A stretch of DNA of 61,030 nucleotides, counting the filler, from Nemertoderma westbladi (lineage: Eukaryota; Animalia; Xenacoelomorpha): assembly GCA_032718475.1 (NCBI GenBank). It is 3 parts of 3 records of this genome, joined end to end, with 100 filler letters (N's around TTAATTAATTAA, not from the genome) between each part and the next. Parts side by side here need not be neighbours in the genome. Positions count along the whole stretch, not along the records: positions 1 to 28,026 come from JAUCBJ010005976.1; 2 more parts are not named here. One strand, 5' to 3'. Below are positions 13,140 to 26,347 of this stretch, one piece after another. Under the pieces are notes generated by a model. That model saw nothing but the letters and a program-made list of their open reading frames with translations. It was not told the origin of the DNA and ran no database searches. The translations under genes were made by a program, and so were the position numbers. Each line of letters begins with the position of its first letter. Within the stretch, counting starts at the first letter, position 1.

Positions 13140-13928
13140 GGGGAGGGCAGGGAGGGTTGAACCGTGAGAGGAGGGGTGAATCAGTGCATTTTAAAGGAGA
13201 ACTCTTGGGTTGGGGGTTTCCATGGATACACCATCAGAGAGACAATTAAAAAACTGCACCTACTGTTGTATTTAGTCCAACTGTGGCCTACCTGCTGTTT
13301 TGCTATGAAGTAAAGTAAATTTTTGCCACCTGTTTTCTAGAACTTATACTTGTGTTTTGGATCTATCCCATTTAATTGATTTGGGAATTCACAAATAAAT
13401 GTGATACTTTTCTGGTGGAGAAATAATTATTCTGCTCCAAAATTAGGTATGGATGATTAACGTCACTGCTCTGGACTTTTCGTACACAAACAAACAACAA
13501 AACAACAACAACAACAGGCTATAGTCACTCGAGGGCGATTATTATTGTAAAATTAAAAAACGGTGTAGTTAGAAATATTATTTGTTAAAAGTGAAATGTC
13601 ACTGGCAGACAAACACTTAAAAAAACACAGACAAACAGACAGATAGACTAATTTTCATTGACATATTTTCTTTTGATAAAGTTGCTTCTTTCCACCCTCC
13701 TAACAACCCTCTGATTCAAGCCCCCTACAGATGGGGTAGGAGGCTTGAACCAGAAAACTCGTTTCGGGAAAACGCTTATTTCTCATATAATACCCGATTG
13801 TACTGTAACACCTTAATATGCATTCCAATAGATGCGAAATAGATTGTTTTAGGTATTTGTGAAATTTCAACCTGAATCTGTGGAAATAAATTCTTGTAAC
13901 TGTTGGTTCAACCCTCCTTACTCTCCCC
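13140..13928. mobile_element. MITE with TA TSD (Tc1/mariner/pogo-like)
   Basis: TA|GGGGAGGGCAGGGAGGGTTGAACC ... GGTTCAACCCTCCTTACTCTCCCC|TA, with internal copies of the GAGG(G/C)TTGAA motif. Confidence 0.8.
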
Positions 13929-14019
13929 TATTTGTTAGTAATTACATTATACAATACGCCGCCATGGGACTGACAGGAACTGACTTACAATACCCTGCCC
14001 GGCCCGTCATTAATCCTCT

Positions 14020-14620
14020 GTGCCTTTGAGGAACTGTACCATCTTCTTTCATTTATTGGCGGTTTAGTTAAATTTTTTAAATAAGTAAATGAATTGTAGT
14101 TGAGCTATTAATGCAACTTTAATGAATAATTTATTACAATATCAAATTTTTTAAATACCGATTTTGTGATAGAATCGTTAAATTTTAATTTGTATCTCAT
14201 AACTGGGCCTCTTGCTGCGCGAAGGCCCCTCGAACGTGTATCATATATAGTCTGTTATAGAACGCAAAATTATTATAGATTCATAATGTCTATGGTCATT
14301 TATACCATATTTCATATGAATCGTACGAAGTTTGGTTTAATTTCAACAATGATTGGCCGACTTATTTCGGTTTTTATTTTTCTGATACTTCCGGTACCGA
14401 CATACAGATTGTCTGATTTTTTACCAAACTTCAGATTCTTTCTATACTTTTGATGGACTACATACGTACCAGGTTTGGTTTAATTTCATCAAGGAATAAC
14501 CGAGTTATTAGCGATCAAATATTTACGACGACGACTACATACAGTACAACTGGGAGTAAAGGGTAACAACTCAGAGGCGATTCCCATTATGTTAAGGATT
14601 AGGATTCGCTCACTTCGTGG
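14020..14620. repeat. Dispersed non-coding repeat
   Basis: 14150-14250 (GTGATAGAATCG..AATTTTAATTTGT...GCTGC.CGAAGGCCCC.CGAAC) recurs at ~24520-24615; the 5' part resembles 24430-24525. Confidence 0.65.
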
Positions 14621-15252
14621 CCCACCCCACAAGAAAAACTGCACAAGCACAAGGGTGGCACTTTAAGCTTGTGTAAACCAAACTCCATTCGACGAAACTC
14701 CATTCCTCCGATTGCTGTTGTGAGTAGGCCGGCCGACTGCGGCCTAAGCACTGGGAATCTGTAGGCCTACCACTTCCATTGCCCTCTAGGGCGCCGAGGC
14801 ACTAGCACCACTATCACACTTGCGGAATTTAATCAGACCCTTCATCATTTAGTAATTTTTATGACTTTAACTTTTACGTATATTTATATACTGTATATAA
14901 AATTTTCAACATTTTATTGACTTAAAAAAGATAGAACAGATGCCCCGTTTGAAGGCCCATATTAAATTTTCATAATTATTATAATATATGAACAACTTAA
15001 TTTAAACATTTATTACAATATTATAAATGACAACAGGGAACATGCTCAAACAACATGTTGCCATAATTTTACGTTTTAACTTTGCATTAAATTAAGTTAA
15101 CTTATTACAGCTTAGTATAAGAAACCGGTTTGTTTAAAAAAGACCAACTGTGGATTAATGTTGTACCGTATGTCAGTGATCGGCTTATTGCCGATTAGAA
15201 AAAATAAGTAAAAACGTATAGTAAAGTTTACTTCGGATTTTAGGGCAGGGAG

Positions 15253-15435
15253 GGATTATGCACAAAGTCTTATTTCCATCGTGGTGCCCCCAGAAGTATA
15301 CTCATTGGCATAGAGGAAATTGGTTCTCATTTTGAGTCATTTAGCTAACAGTTAGTATGCATTGCAGATATGCGATCTGGCCTAGCGCTTAAGTATTCAT
15401 TCCGAAATGAAAACTATACCCTGCCCGCTGCGCTG
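15253..15435 (-). mobile_element. Truncated, diverged SINE copy (family of 39267-39523)
   Basis: Shares GGATTA.GCACAAAGTCT, AGAGGAAA, CTCATTT and CCGAAA.GAAAACTA..CCCT blocks with the full copy; the tRNA head is missing. Confidence 0.6.
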
Positions 15436-17659
15436 CGGGGAAATAAAGATCGGCGTCTGTGGGGTAATTAGGCGAACTTGTATGGATTTTCGAATGATTT
15501 GTTACGGGTTTGTCTGCAGAATTGCAATTGCGAAAATAAATAGTGCCAACCGTATGCAATATGTTATGTGCTTTATATGTATGTCATATTTGTTAATAGT
15601 ACATAACGTCTCTGGAATACCATTGTATACCCAGCTGTCACCTACGGGGGCGATATTTTCGTAGCCAATAAAACTATTTCTGGTCTAGAACATGTTCAGA
15701 AGGTCAGAGCCTTTTATTTTAAACTTTGGTGTGGAGTAATTATTAAGTACTCCTCCTCTTCTGCCATTCTGAAATCAATCGATAACGTCGATAATCCTGA
15801 TTGTGACATCCAGCTGGATGCTCTATCTGGTTTTCGTCGCCGTGCAGCTGCACTGATGCTCTCAAATGGGTGTCATCACCTGCTCTGTAGCAAAAAAGTT
15901 TTTGCTGGAAGGCAACTGTTGTTGGCCCCATACAAACTGCGCTACAAAATATGTCCCAGTATCCCCCCACTTAGAACAGATCTCCAAAAGGCCTTCTCCC
16001 TCCACACTTTAGAAAATTCAAAATAACCTATAGCTATAATATATATATGTCTAATATTATAATTCCTATCGAACCCAACTGCCATGTCTCTTCTACTTTA
16101 ATCTACTTCATTATACCATTTATAAACCTCTGTGTATCTTAATAATAGTTATAATAATATATAATCTACCCATATCTATAAGTATAACTTTATTATCCAA
16201 TTATCATGCTGTTCCTTCTACTACCCATTTTACTCTCTAGAAATTACTGCATGCTGCATGTACTGTACCTCTATTTTATTGGTTATGGTTACGATAACCT
16301 ATTTTATTTGTTATTGCTGTATGTACGTACACTCTACTCTACTTTTAATGGTGCGCTTATTAATTAATTATAATTTTATGTTAAATTCCTTATGCATTGG
16401 AATTAAAGAAATCATAGTTCACATTTGTTAATTCCCGCGCCGCATTCCAGAAGATTATAGAGGTTTCGGAATTTCAAAGCTAATCCACCAAGTGAAAATA
16501 CAACTGTTTTAGGATAAACACGACTCTCAGGTATACCTTGCCTTGCCTTGGGCGATGTGTTTTCTTGCTACTGTAATCCAGCAGCACTTACAACTGAATA
16601 AATACCTGAAGTCAATTTTATTATTAATATTATATTCTATAGATTATATATTTTGTTGCCTACTAACTATATATATAACTATATATATGAATCTAAATTT
16701 AGAAGAGGCCTTGATGCTTTGCGATTGATACTTCGCCCTCTATTGGTTCTCCACCAAGCCAATCAGGCAACGGCTTTTAATAGGATAGATGTCATTTGTC
16801 ATTGTCATCTCCTGTGATACTTGAATTATGGTTGGAGAACCGCTTCCCTGTTGCTCATGCTCTGCTCTGTCGTACATAGTTGCTAGATCAGAATGCAAAT
16901 GAACCATTAAACATAAATTATTTGCCTATTGGTTTTAGTTTTAAAGTGTGGAATCAAACAACAGGAAAGCCAGTTGGAGTTGACTCATGTAGTGATTTCT
17001 TGTTCTTAAATAGCATTTAATAGTCTACATTGCCTGTAATGGGATAATTCGCCAGAGCTTGGGGAATTACAGCTCAGTTATTCATGCTGTATCTATTATT
17101 ATTGATTGTCTTGGTTTATATCAGCTGTTTTAATGTATGATTGTCTAGACTACAGTATTATTACGATCTGTGTTCGTGTTATAATGTGTTTACTATTTCA
17201 CCATTCCATTGAAATTGTTTGCCGTTCAGACGATTGAGATAGGCTAGGACATACATGTGGTATGTGGCAATTCACTTCTCTTTTTATTATTACGTTTAAC
17301 ATTCTATTCTATGAATTTAATTATTTATTAGAAAACTATTTTGTTACATTATGCCAACTTATTAGCGTTCTGATGATATTCTCGTAACGTAGCAAACTAC
17401 CACTTTGTAGCGTTGCGCCCTATAGGACGGAACGCTGCAAAGTAATCACTAACTTAGTAACAATAAATAAACAGAACACGTAGTATTCTTGAGTATTCTC
17501 CTTTGATGATAACCATATGGTGGTGTAGGAGTATTTTCTGTAAAGTTGCTACTGTAACTGCAATTAATTGCATACAAAGGATATTAATTACATTAATATT
17601 CTTAATTGAAATTGATAAATTTATTTCCTTTCCATCATATGGTAAAATTTGAGAATGAT

Positions 17660-19900
17660 TAAAAAACAAACATGAACATTTGTTACTTTAAAAAGGCTAA
17701 TTAAAAACGATTTAGTGACATAAAAGTGAAGAGTTCGTTTACAAAGTATTTACAAAGGTGTAGATTCTGGAGGTGGGTCGGGGCGTTGTAAGCTCATAAG
17801 AAACATAGCTACTCTCAAGTTGCTTCGGCAGGGTGGAATTTTACTACATATGAGTTGTACTGCTCATGGCTAATTGCCGGATTACCGCATAACCAGCAAA
17901 TACAACCGTCTGTTGGACGCCAGCATCGGGGGTCGCTGCAGAGTTTTTGGTGCCATCCGTTCTACACTAGCTGTGCTCCGGCCCGGCGGCGTTTCCCAGT
18001 AAGACATTGTAGGTCAACAGGGCAACTATTTGGATCATCTACTGCAAGCAGGATGGCTGTTGACGAGGAATATCGGCTGATGCCACACCATAACTTCCAG
18101 TAGAAAGCGCGGAGTCGTTGAACATGGGTTAGACCCTGCACTTGATCGTTGTCTACAAAGATACAGCATCCGTATGTGATAGCGGGTAAAATTATAGATC
18201 GCCACAGACGGTGTGCTGAGTCTTTCGACAGCGGGTAACATTATAGATCGCCACAGACGGTGTGCTGAGTCTTTCGACATCAGTCTTAGGTTTAATCTGA
18301 ATGCTAGACGCGCGCATGCTGCTAAACCATTATTTTATAGATGATCGTAGTGACCATTCGCGCCATTTTTTGTGGAGAACACGATACCGAGGTTATTAAA
18401 GGATGTGGCGAATTCTAGTTGTTGGCCCCTGTACTCAAGCTTATCGTTGTTGGATAGTGGGCCACCACGTCGGATTTTGACAACTTTAGTTTTGCTTATA
18501 TTGACAGTCAAACGGTTCATATGGCAGTATTCTTCAAGAGCCCGCAGACTGTTTTGAACATCGATGATATTGTTTCCAACGATGACAAGGTCATCGGCAT
18601 ACATTATCGTAAAATAAATAAAGGAGGACAAAATCAGTGGGAGGTCGGATATGAAGAGACTAAATAGTAGGCCTATTGGTGAAAGCCTATCGCCCTGAAT
18701 TACTCCTGTTGTTTGGGTAATGGGATCAAGAACTTATTGACCAATACATATATATATATACTTTATAGAGATAATGGCCCAGATAGCAGCAATGAATTTT
18801 CTACTGACACCCATTGATGACAGTTTTTTGCACAGCCGTGAGCGGTCGATAGAGTCAAATGCTTTCGTGAAATCTACAAAAACGCAGTATATATGTCCAC
18901 CCGCAGGTTGGAGCGCAATTTCTATATGCTGATATAGAAGGCGAGCTGCCATAATAGTCGATTTATTCTTCCGGAATCCATACTGCTCTGTTGGAAGCTT
19001 ATTGTGCCCAGCCTCAGCCCAAGAGGATAATCGCGTATACAATATTGATGTGTAGGACTTGAGTAGACATGACAGAAGTGCTATTCCACGATACTTGTCC
19101 GGCGAAGACCGGTCTCCTTTGCCCTTGTACAGTGGAATTAGATAAGAGGTTAACCAGACGATCGGACATACCGCAGTGTTGAAACAGAGGGTAAATAGGG
19201 TGAACAGGTGTGGCAGTAAAAGTCCAAATCCCAATTTTATAGCCTCGTTGGTTATGGCGTCAGGACCAGAAGCTTTCCCGTTCTTCTGGCTGTTCACTGC
19301 ATTGGTTGATCAAGTTCCTCAGAGTTATTATTTGGCAAATCCGGCATATTTTTGTGAATATCTCTGTTTAGAAGAGTGGAGAAATGAGTTGACCATTGAT
19401 CCTCCGGTACTTGTTGAGCTGCAGGTTTCTCCTGGGATCTATCTTTCAGAATATTCCAGAAGTTAGCCTTGTCATTTTCGCATTCCTCAATTAAACGGAG
19501 TTCTTTTTGTGCATAATAGGAAGCTCTTTTCTCACGAATGAGTTGACTGTATTGGCGCTTGTATTGACTACGAGCATCACGTGTTTCTTGGGAAACATTT
19601 CCCTTCCGATTGTGGAAGGCAATATTCAGCTTTTTCTTAACTTCATAACAATCATTATCAAACCAGGGATTGCGTTTCTGAGATCTAGGTGGGACTGGCT
19701 CTTTTTGGGAGGCTCTTTTTAGTGCTGAATTCATATCTGAGCAGGCGTCATTTACACCAGAGGATAGAGCGACATTGAACTCCTCCCAAACAAGATTGTG
19801 TTCAAGCAACTCTATGTCTATCTTTCTTATAGGAGTGGTCCGCCGTTCACGCTGTGTCGATTCAGAATCTAATGATACAATTATCTTGACACGTTGATGT
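17660..19900 (-). mobile_element. 5'-truncated, degenerate non-LTR retrotransposon ORF2 (CR1/L2-group-like RT)
   Basis: Broken frames carry PWFDNDC, KASGPDAI, PLYKGKGD, YRGIALLS, QYGFRKNKST, FVDFTKAFDSI, QGDRLSP and YADD. Frameshifts and an internal ~40-bp tandem duplication (18192-18280). Confidence 0.9.
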
Positions 19901-20382
19901 TTTATATTCTTAATTAAATATTACAATATCACAGTTAATAATTAGACACTCATAACGCCGATAAGTTACGTGCAAAATTACGTGCACCATTATAAGTTTA
20001 TGATCCTCGTATATTTATGTAAACCTCCCTCGCTGCGCTCGCTCAGTACACATAACTTTACACACATTGGTATAGACTTATTGACCAATAAAACTTCTAA
20101 AGTTCTAGACCGAAATTGTAATTTAGTGTGTAATTTAATTATTTTATTGTTCAACATGTCAAGGCCATTGACTGAAAATATGAATCAAATTGGTTAACAA
20201 TTAACAGAAGAGTCGCATTTTGAGAGGCGTAAAAACGTGAAATAATAATTCCAAGTAAAATTAATTTATTCCAAAATTGTAACATTACTCAACGCCGTTA
20301 GTATTAACAGCGAGTTGTTATTTAGCACTTTACAACTTTGGAGGACATTACAGCATCGTAACGTTAAAATTTTGGAATAAAA

Positions 20383-20531
20383 CTACATACATACTTGTTG
20401 CAAAGTACTTTACAGTGTTCTGATCCTCGTGGCTTTATTTTCACTCACTCACTAACGTTTGTTCGTGTAACAAAGCCACTCGGATCGTCACACTGTAAAG
20501 TGCTACTTTACACACAAGTATGTAAATAGTT
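20383..20531. repeat. Long imperfect palindrome (hairpin-type mini element)
   Basis: ATACTTG..ACTTTACAGTG..GATCCTCGTGGCTTT pairs with AAAGCCACTCGGATC..CACTGTAAAGT..CAAGTAT. Confidence 0.7.
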
Positions 20532-22515
20532 ATTAAAATTAGACCTTACCGCGCAAAATGGTCGGTCTCTATCTGAATGTCAATATGTAATAATTAACAT
20601 AGCAATTCTTAATGTTATTGAAGCACACAGGTAGCATTTTCGCCACAGGGGCTTTCGTGGTCGTTAATTTCATTTCTTATGTCCGTTTTGATGAAATCTA
20701 GTCTGTCTATCTTTCAGGAAACACATTATTCGGTTAAGTAATATTTATTTAATTATTTATGAAAGCATGCCATATGTGGTACAATCGACATAATTCAATA
20801 ACTAAACATGACGAGAAGCAATATTCGCATATTCGCCATTAAATTCTGCATCAAAATCGCAAACAAAAAGGTCACTATGTACCCCCCCCCACCCCCCCCA
20901 AGATTGAGACGAAATATTAATTAACCGAGATGGTATTTGCGTCCAGTTCCCCGACCCACTGCCCTGTTTGATTGTGTTTGATTGATATTTGCAATGAATT
21001 TAATTTGTTTTTAATGTCACGGGCATTATTCATACCACGTGACGTGCTGTCGTATTCATACCCTCAGACATAACATAGGCCTACTGTGCTGTATTTACAC
21101 AAACATAAATAACTGCACAATGATGACCTGACAAAATCGTCCGTTTATATATTTATTTTTAAATTTATTATAAACATGATAGTTAACTGAAGTTTTTCTT
21201 ATGGTAGGCCCCTATTCCTATTGGAGAAAAAGATCGAGACTTGAAAAATGTCGCGAGTAAAAATATCGCGAGTACTAATTTATTTATTAGATGGGGAAAA
21301 AAGTACAACTTTTTTTCACTATTCCCGAGTCATTTTATTTACCGAGAGTCAGCGATGTTTTTTCGTTTTTTCCCCATGTAATAATACGTAATTTCATTCT
21401 TAAATTGGTACTTTTGTTGTTGCTCAATTCTTTAATAAAAGATAGAGCGATATAGTGTTACAAAATAAATTGAACTATACCGGTAGTATTTTATTATATT
21501 GCTTCCATAGTTACTGTGATTCAAATTACTGTACACTGCAACTCCTGATACTGCCTTACTCAATGTTAAATAATTTAGTGTTTTAGAATATTTATTACGT
21601 AACTAGAGAGCCGCTTAATACCAAAAACCAATATTGGATATTGAGTTCCGCTTTTGAGTATGCCGCGCAGACACTAAATTCGCAATAACTATTGAGTATG
21701 TTCATGGATTTTACTTAAATTAGTGCAAACCTTTTCTACGTCGATAGGCCTACTCATTCAACACATATAATAAAATTTATGAAATTCCACCAAAATATTT
21801 TATTTTACTTTTTTTTACCGCGAAAAAAAGTAAAATAAAGTCAATCCTATTGGTTACATCTTCCCCAGGGAAAAAAGTGAAAATTTTTATCCGAATTTTG
21901 GGGTATCTCCAAGAGAACATCCCTGTAAATTAGTCGTTACGGTGCGCGTCTCTGATAATATGGAAAATTAAAGTAATTGGTTAATCGTCCTGTACCTGTA
22001 ACGGGATACACTCTAATGCGGTGTACTAAGAACGTTACAGGTATTTGATCCGGGTCGAATAAATAATAGGCCTACTCCCCGCCCCGCCGTATAATGTTCT
22101 ACCTCACACACATCCTCATGCTCTACGACGAGCAGTCAGATAATGTTTTAATTCAGTACTATGTATTAATTGTCCACATGGTGTCTCTTTTGTGGATCTG
22201 CGGCTCATGAATATTATGTATTTATGCTGGTGTATATGACTTTACTAATAGGGCAATATATAATAATTGTAGTTGCATTTAATGCAAAACTCAAGTCGGT
22301 TTATTTGTTTAAATATTGATTAAGTAAACATCCTATTTGATATTGGGATTTGTAAGAAAATATAACATAACATTGTTCAGTTTGTTAATTCCTATAAAAC
22401 TTATTACAGTAAATGTAGTAATATAAGTTTCATGTTTGGTTATGTAGTACTTTACCGTGCAATACAAATTAATATTGATTATTTCGAGTGTTTTAACAAC
22501 AACTGTTTAACTGTT

Positions 22516-22620
22516 ATGGCGGATATACTGCCAAGCGTTAATATATTTCACGAACTACAAGTTGTACACGATACTGGATACTTTAGTAGCTCCTGTTCGA
22601 AGGAAGATGATTGGATACAT
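22516..22620 (+). CDS. KLF6/7: KLF6/KLF7-type Kruppel-like factor, coding exon 1
   Basis: MADILPSVNIFHELQVVHDTGYFSSSCSKEDDWIH matches the conserved KLF6/7 N-terminus (IFQELQIVH.TGYFS). It is 105 nt, followed by a GTGAGT donor in phase 0. Confidence 0.92.
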
Positions 22621-22756
22621 GTGAGTAAATAAATAATCATTAATTTATTATCATTGTCGGAATATTGGACGACAATAGGCCTTCCCTTATGACATTGCAG
22701 GCAGGTGTAGTTATGTATATTTTGATATATATATTATATCTTATACATAGTGGAAC

Positions 22757-23137
22757 CTTTGCCACTTTTGACCCTTTGGCACAGTTGCCCTTTGACAAAT
22801 TTGGCCATTTGTCACAGTTTACCCTTTGACAAATTTGGCCATTTGTCACAGTTTACCCTATGTCATAGTTGACAATTTGACACAGTTGACCCTTTGAGCG
22901 AGTTGCGTCTTTGGCACAGTTCATACCCTTTGTCACAGTGAACCCTTTGGTACAGGGGAACATTTTACTCAGTTGACCCTTTGACACAGTTGACCCTTAC
23001 GCACAGTGGACCCTATGGCACCGTGACTCCTTTGGCACAACGGGGGAACATTTTGCTCAGTGGGCCCTTTGGCAGATTGAACCCTTGGCACACTGAACCC
23101 TTTAGCACAGTGGATTCCTTGGCACTATGGACCCTTT
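22757..23137. repeat. ~20-bp degenerate tandem repeat in KLF intron 1
   Basis: Repeated (G)CACAGTTGACCCTTTG units. Confidence 0.85.
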
Positions 23138-25692
23138 GAAATAATATAGTACTAGTAGTTGACTTCCTGTGACACAACTAACATACAGACGTGATATATA
23201 GTAATTAATTATGCTTACCATTGTAAATTTTTGACAACCCTCTAGAAGGGCTTGATATTATCATTGTTTATTTTTGTTTTTTTTCCCTTTCAATGTTATG
23301 TGTAGGACGTTTTCCACCACTGAGTTTTCGATATCAATCGATATGCCATCCAAGCTTGACTACCATCAAATCCAAAGAATTTACAATAGCTGCTAATACT
23401 ATAAATGAATTAGATATCCCAGGCAGTGCCTCAGCACGCTATTGACATCAACAACTACAGTATGGATGGTATAACAAGGAACAGTAGGTAGTAAGGCACA
23501 CAACCATACAGCTGCTACCCATGTTCCCCTCAATCAAGCAACCTAATCAATAATTTATTCTTCTTATGGCGAACAGAATCGCCCTGAAAGTTCGCTATTG
23601 TTTGACACGAAAATAAATTTACTAATTTATAGCGGATTGATGATAAAAGTAACCAACTCAGGGATGATGAGTGATTTACACGTCCTTGGACTTCGGGATA
23701 AGGATTCCTCCCATTCAGCCCTTGTCTATTCGTATTAGTGTTGATTGATTGGATATATTCCCACATCTCAACCCAAAGCGGATATTTCCTAATTATCAAT
23801 TCTTTTGACATTATTTTCCTTGCCAACCTCCTTAACTTTACTAAGGGTTGGTCTATACTTCTAAAGAATTTAAATTTAATTTAGAAATTTAATTCCTTCC
23901 CAGATAAACAAATATTTCCAGAATATTTAATCAATGTCAATCGCTTTATGGAATATCCAATTCCATAATATAGATATATACCACACGTAGAAAGGCATAC
24001 AAAGATCCCTTCAATTACTCCTCTTTCTTCGTAGACCAGACAAAGTTTCATTTTTCAAATAATCTTAAATAAATAAATAAAGTGTGAGATTAATTGCCTT
24101 TATTGTGAATAATTACATTGCATTATTACTACTACAGTAATCGGTTGAGCGAGTTCGGACAATGGAAATGAGGTCCTTCCGGGCATCCCGATTTTCCAGT
24201 ATGGAACGCCGTTGACGCCAAAGTTTACCACTACTCACCTAAGTGGGTAAACATAGTGAGACGAAATTATGTCTCAAGTCTCAGTAACTTTGTCACATAA
24301 ACTTGGTGAGACAAAGTTAGTGAGACACAATTTATGTATCACAAATTGAGCTGCGATTTTAATTTTACCCATAAAACACAAATTAATTATCAATACCTAC
24401 CTGCCATCAATCTCATGTACTGCGCAGTGCCGTCTGTGCCTTTGGGTTGGGGTGCCGATTAAAAGGGCTGAACACGTACTGGCCTCTCCTTTCTTTGATC
24501 CGTTGGCGGTGTGGTTAAATTTCTCAAATACTGATTATGTGATAGAATCGCCCAATTTTAATTTGTGTATCATAACTGTGCCTCGTGCTGCACGAAGGCC
24601 CCACGAACACGTACCTTGTAGCTACTGTACTTAAGTGATACGTGATACGCTTTGGCATCAACGGTGTTCCATACTCCAGGGTTGACGCAATTTCTTTTCT
24701 CACAAGTTCAGTCAATTTTCACGTCAAAAATATATATACAGTATATTCACATGTAGGGCTATCAAACTTAGATTTACCTTCTTTAGGCCTACACACGCAC
24801 TAGAACACAATGTTATGCTACATTAGTAGATATTAATTTCTATGTTAGCCAATATTGTTTTCTTTATAGAGTTGAATGTTGATATTAAATAAATCTTGAG
24901 TTAAGATAATACTTAATTAGATAATACTGAGGCGCTCAAAGCGATTAACCGCCCTGCAACTCGGAACTCGGTTGCCCTCAGTCCTGAGAAGTCATCAAAA
25001 CAAAGGCCACGCCGGGAACGCCAGGGGGACACGGCAAATTCCAGCATCCGGCGCACTCCTCCCAGGATGCACTGCGGCTCCTCATCGACTCACGTCTTTC
25101 CACGAGGGTTTCGGTCAGGTGTCAGGGTGTCGAATGAGGATCTTGGGCTCTGAGCACGATACTTCGTTGGTGGTACGGGTACCCAGTACAGTAGTAGTGG
25201 TGTGGAGGCTATGCGATTGTGCAAGATAACTTGGCAGTTCTGCTTCTTCTGACGACGTGTCCACTGCTCCGGAGGTCGACCGGTTGGCCATGGAATATTT
25301 GACGTTTTGTCAGGGTTGCATGTCAAATATCGCAACCCTTCAGCGCTTCAGGTTGCGACGGACACTGACCTGGACTTGGACTCAAGTGTCCAGGTCTCGC
25401 CCACCACCCCCCCCCCCCCCCCCCATCTAAAAATATACACTTTTCAATAGCTTGGGGATATTCATATATCATATATTCCACCCTCCGTAGCAGCGCTTTC
25501 CACTTTACTTTATTCCTTAGAAGTTGTGCACCTGCTAGGCAATTTTATCCACAAAGTTTGATGACATGCACTAGTTCGCATTGTAGATCTGCAGTAGTTA
25601 CTAAATTAAGTAAACCAAACAATAGTTTATAAATATCTTCCATTAGTGTTTTGTTTACTCACTGGCTATCTATGTTTGCTATTTACCAACAG

Positions 25693-26347
25693 GCAATGCT
25701 GGACCTGGAACGTTGTTTACTTAAAGTAGAACGCCGTTCCTCTGCCAGATCAGTGTGCAACGGTTGGAACGAGCTTCTCTCACCAACTCCGCTCTGTTTA
25801 CCAAACCAACCGTTAGAAGGAACAGAGTACGCGATGGACACTGGTTCCGGACCGACCACCTTGGAGGCCTGTCTGGGTCGGGACTACGACTACCTAGCTA
25901 CGGAGCCAACTCATGGGGATCCCACAGGCACGGTGTGTTCCTCGGGACCCTCCCAAGGGGGTCTAACGACAGTGTGGCCGTACCCACGATTCAATCTCAC
26001 CTGGGGAGGTCATTCCAACGGCGTCATCCGCTCCGGAAGTTCGGATACTACATCCTCAGATGAACTCGATTCCATCGCCTCCCCATCGTCCTCCTCCGTC
26101 TGCAGTCCCGGCGAGTCCCGGTATCTCAGTGACCCTGATTGCGAGACCGGTTGCCTCGGGGATGGGCTTCCCTTTGTGGTGCGCTCATTGATGGAGATAG
26201 ACGCCCCCAACGCCACGCGATTGATTTGTTCCACGTTTAGTACTGATGGTTCCGGGAAGTCAAAGATTCATACCTGCAGATTCCCCGAGTGTAAGAAGGT
26301 TTATACGAAGAGCAGCCATCTAAAGGCTCATCAACGCACACACACTG
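25693..26347 (+). CDS. KLF6/7: KLF6/KLF7-type factor, coding exon 2 (Ser-rich region + first C2H2 finger)
   Basis: Acceptor ..TTTACCAACAG|GCA is in frame with exon 1. AMLDLERCL resembles KLF6/7 LELERYL. Finger 1 is [28 protein letters not shown], with a phase-1 donor G|GTAGGT. Exons for fingers 2-3 were not found before the gap. Confidence 0.93.

Noticed and set aside
16730-16800. CCAAT-box promoter
   Set aside because: Motifs are present but there is no associated gene or definable LTR boundary.
23340-23830. Antisense coding fragment in the KLF intron (LITAF- or GPCR-like WVAAVWLCALLP)
   Set aside because: Short, interrupted by stops, no splice support; the resemblance may be chance.
25651-25692. 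ORF-track start of the KLF protein
   Set aside because: A non-ATG start lying in the intron's acceptor region; the real N-terminus is exon 1 at 22516.
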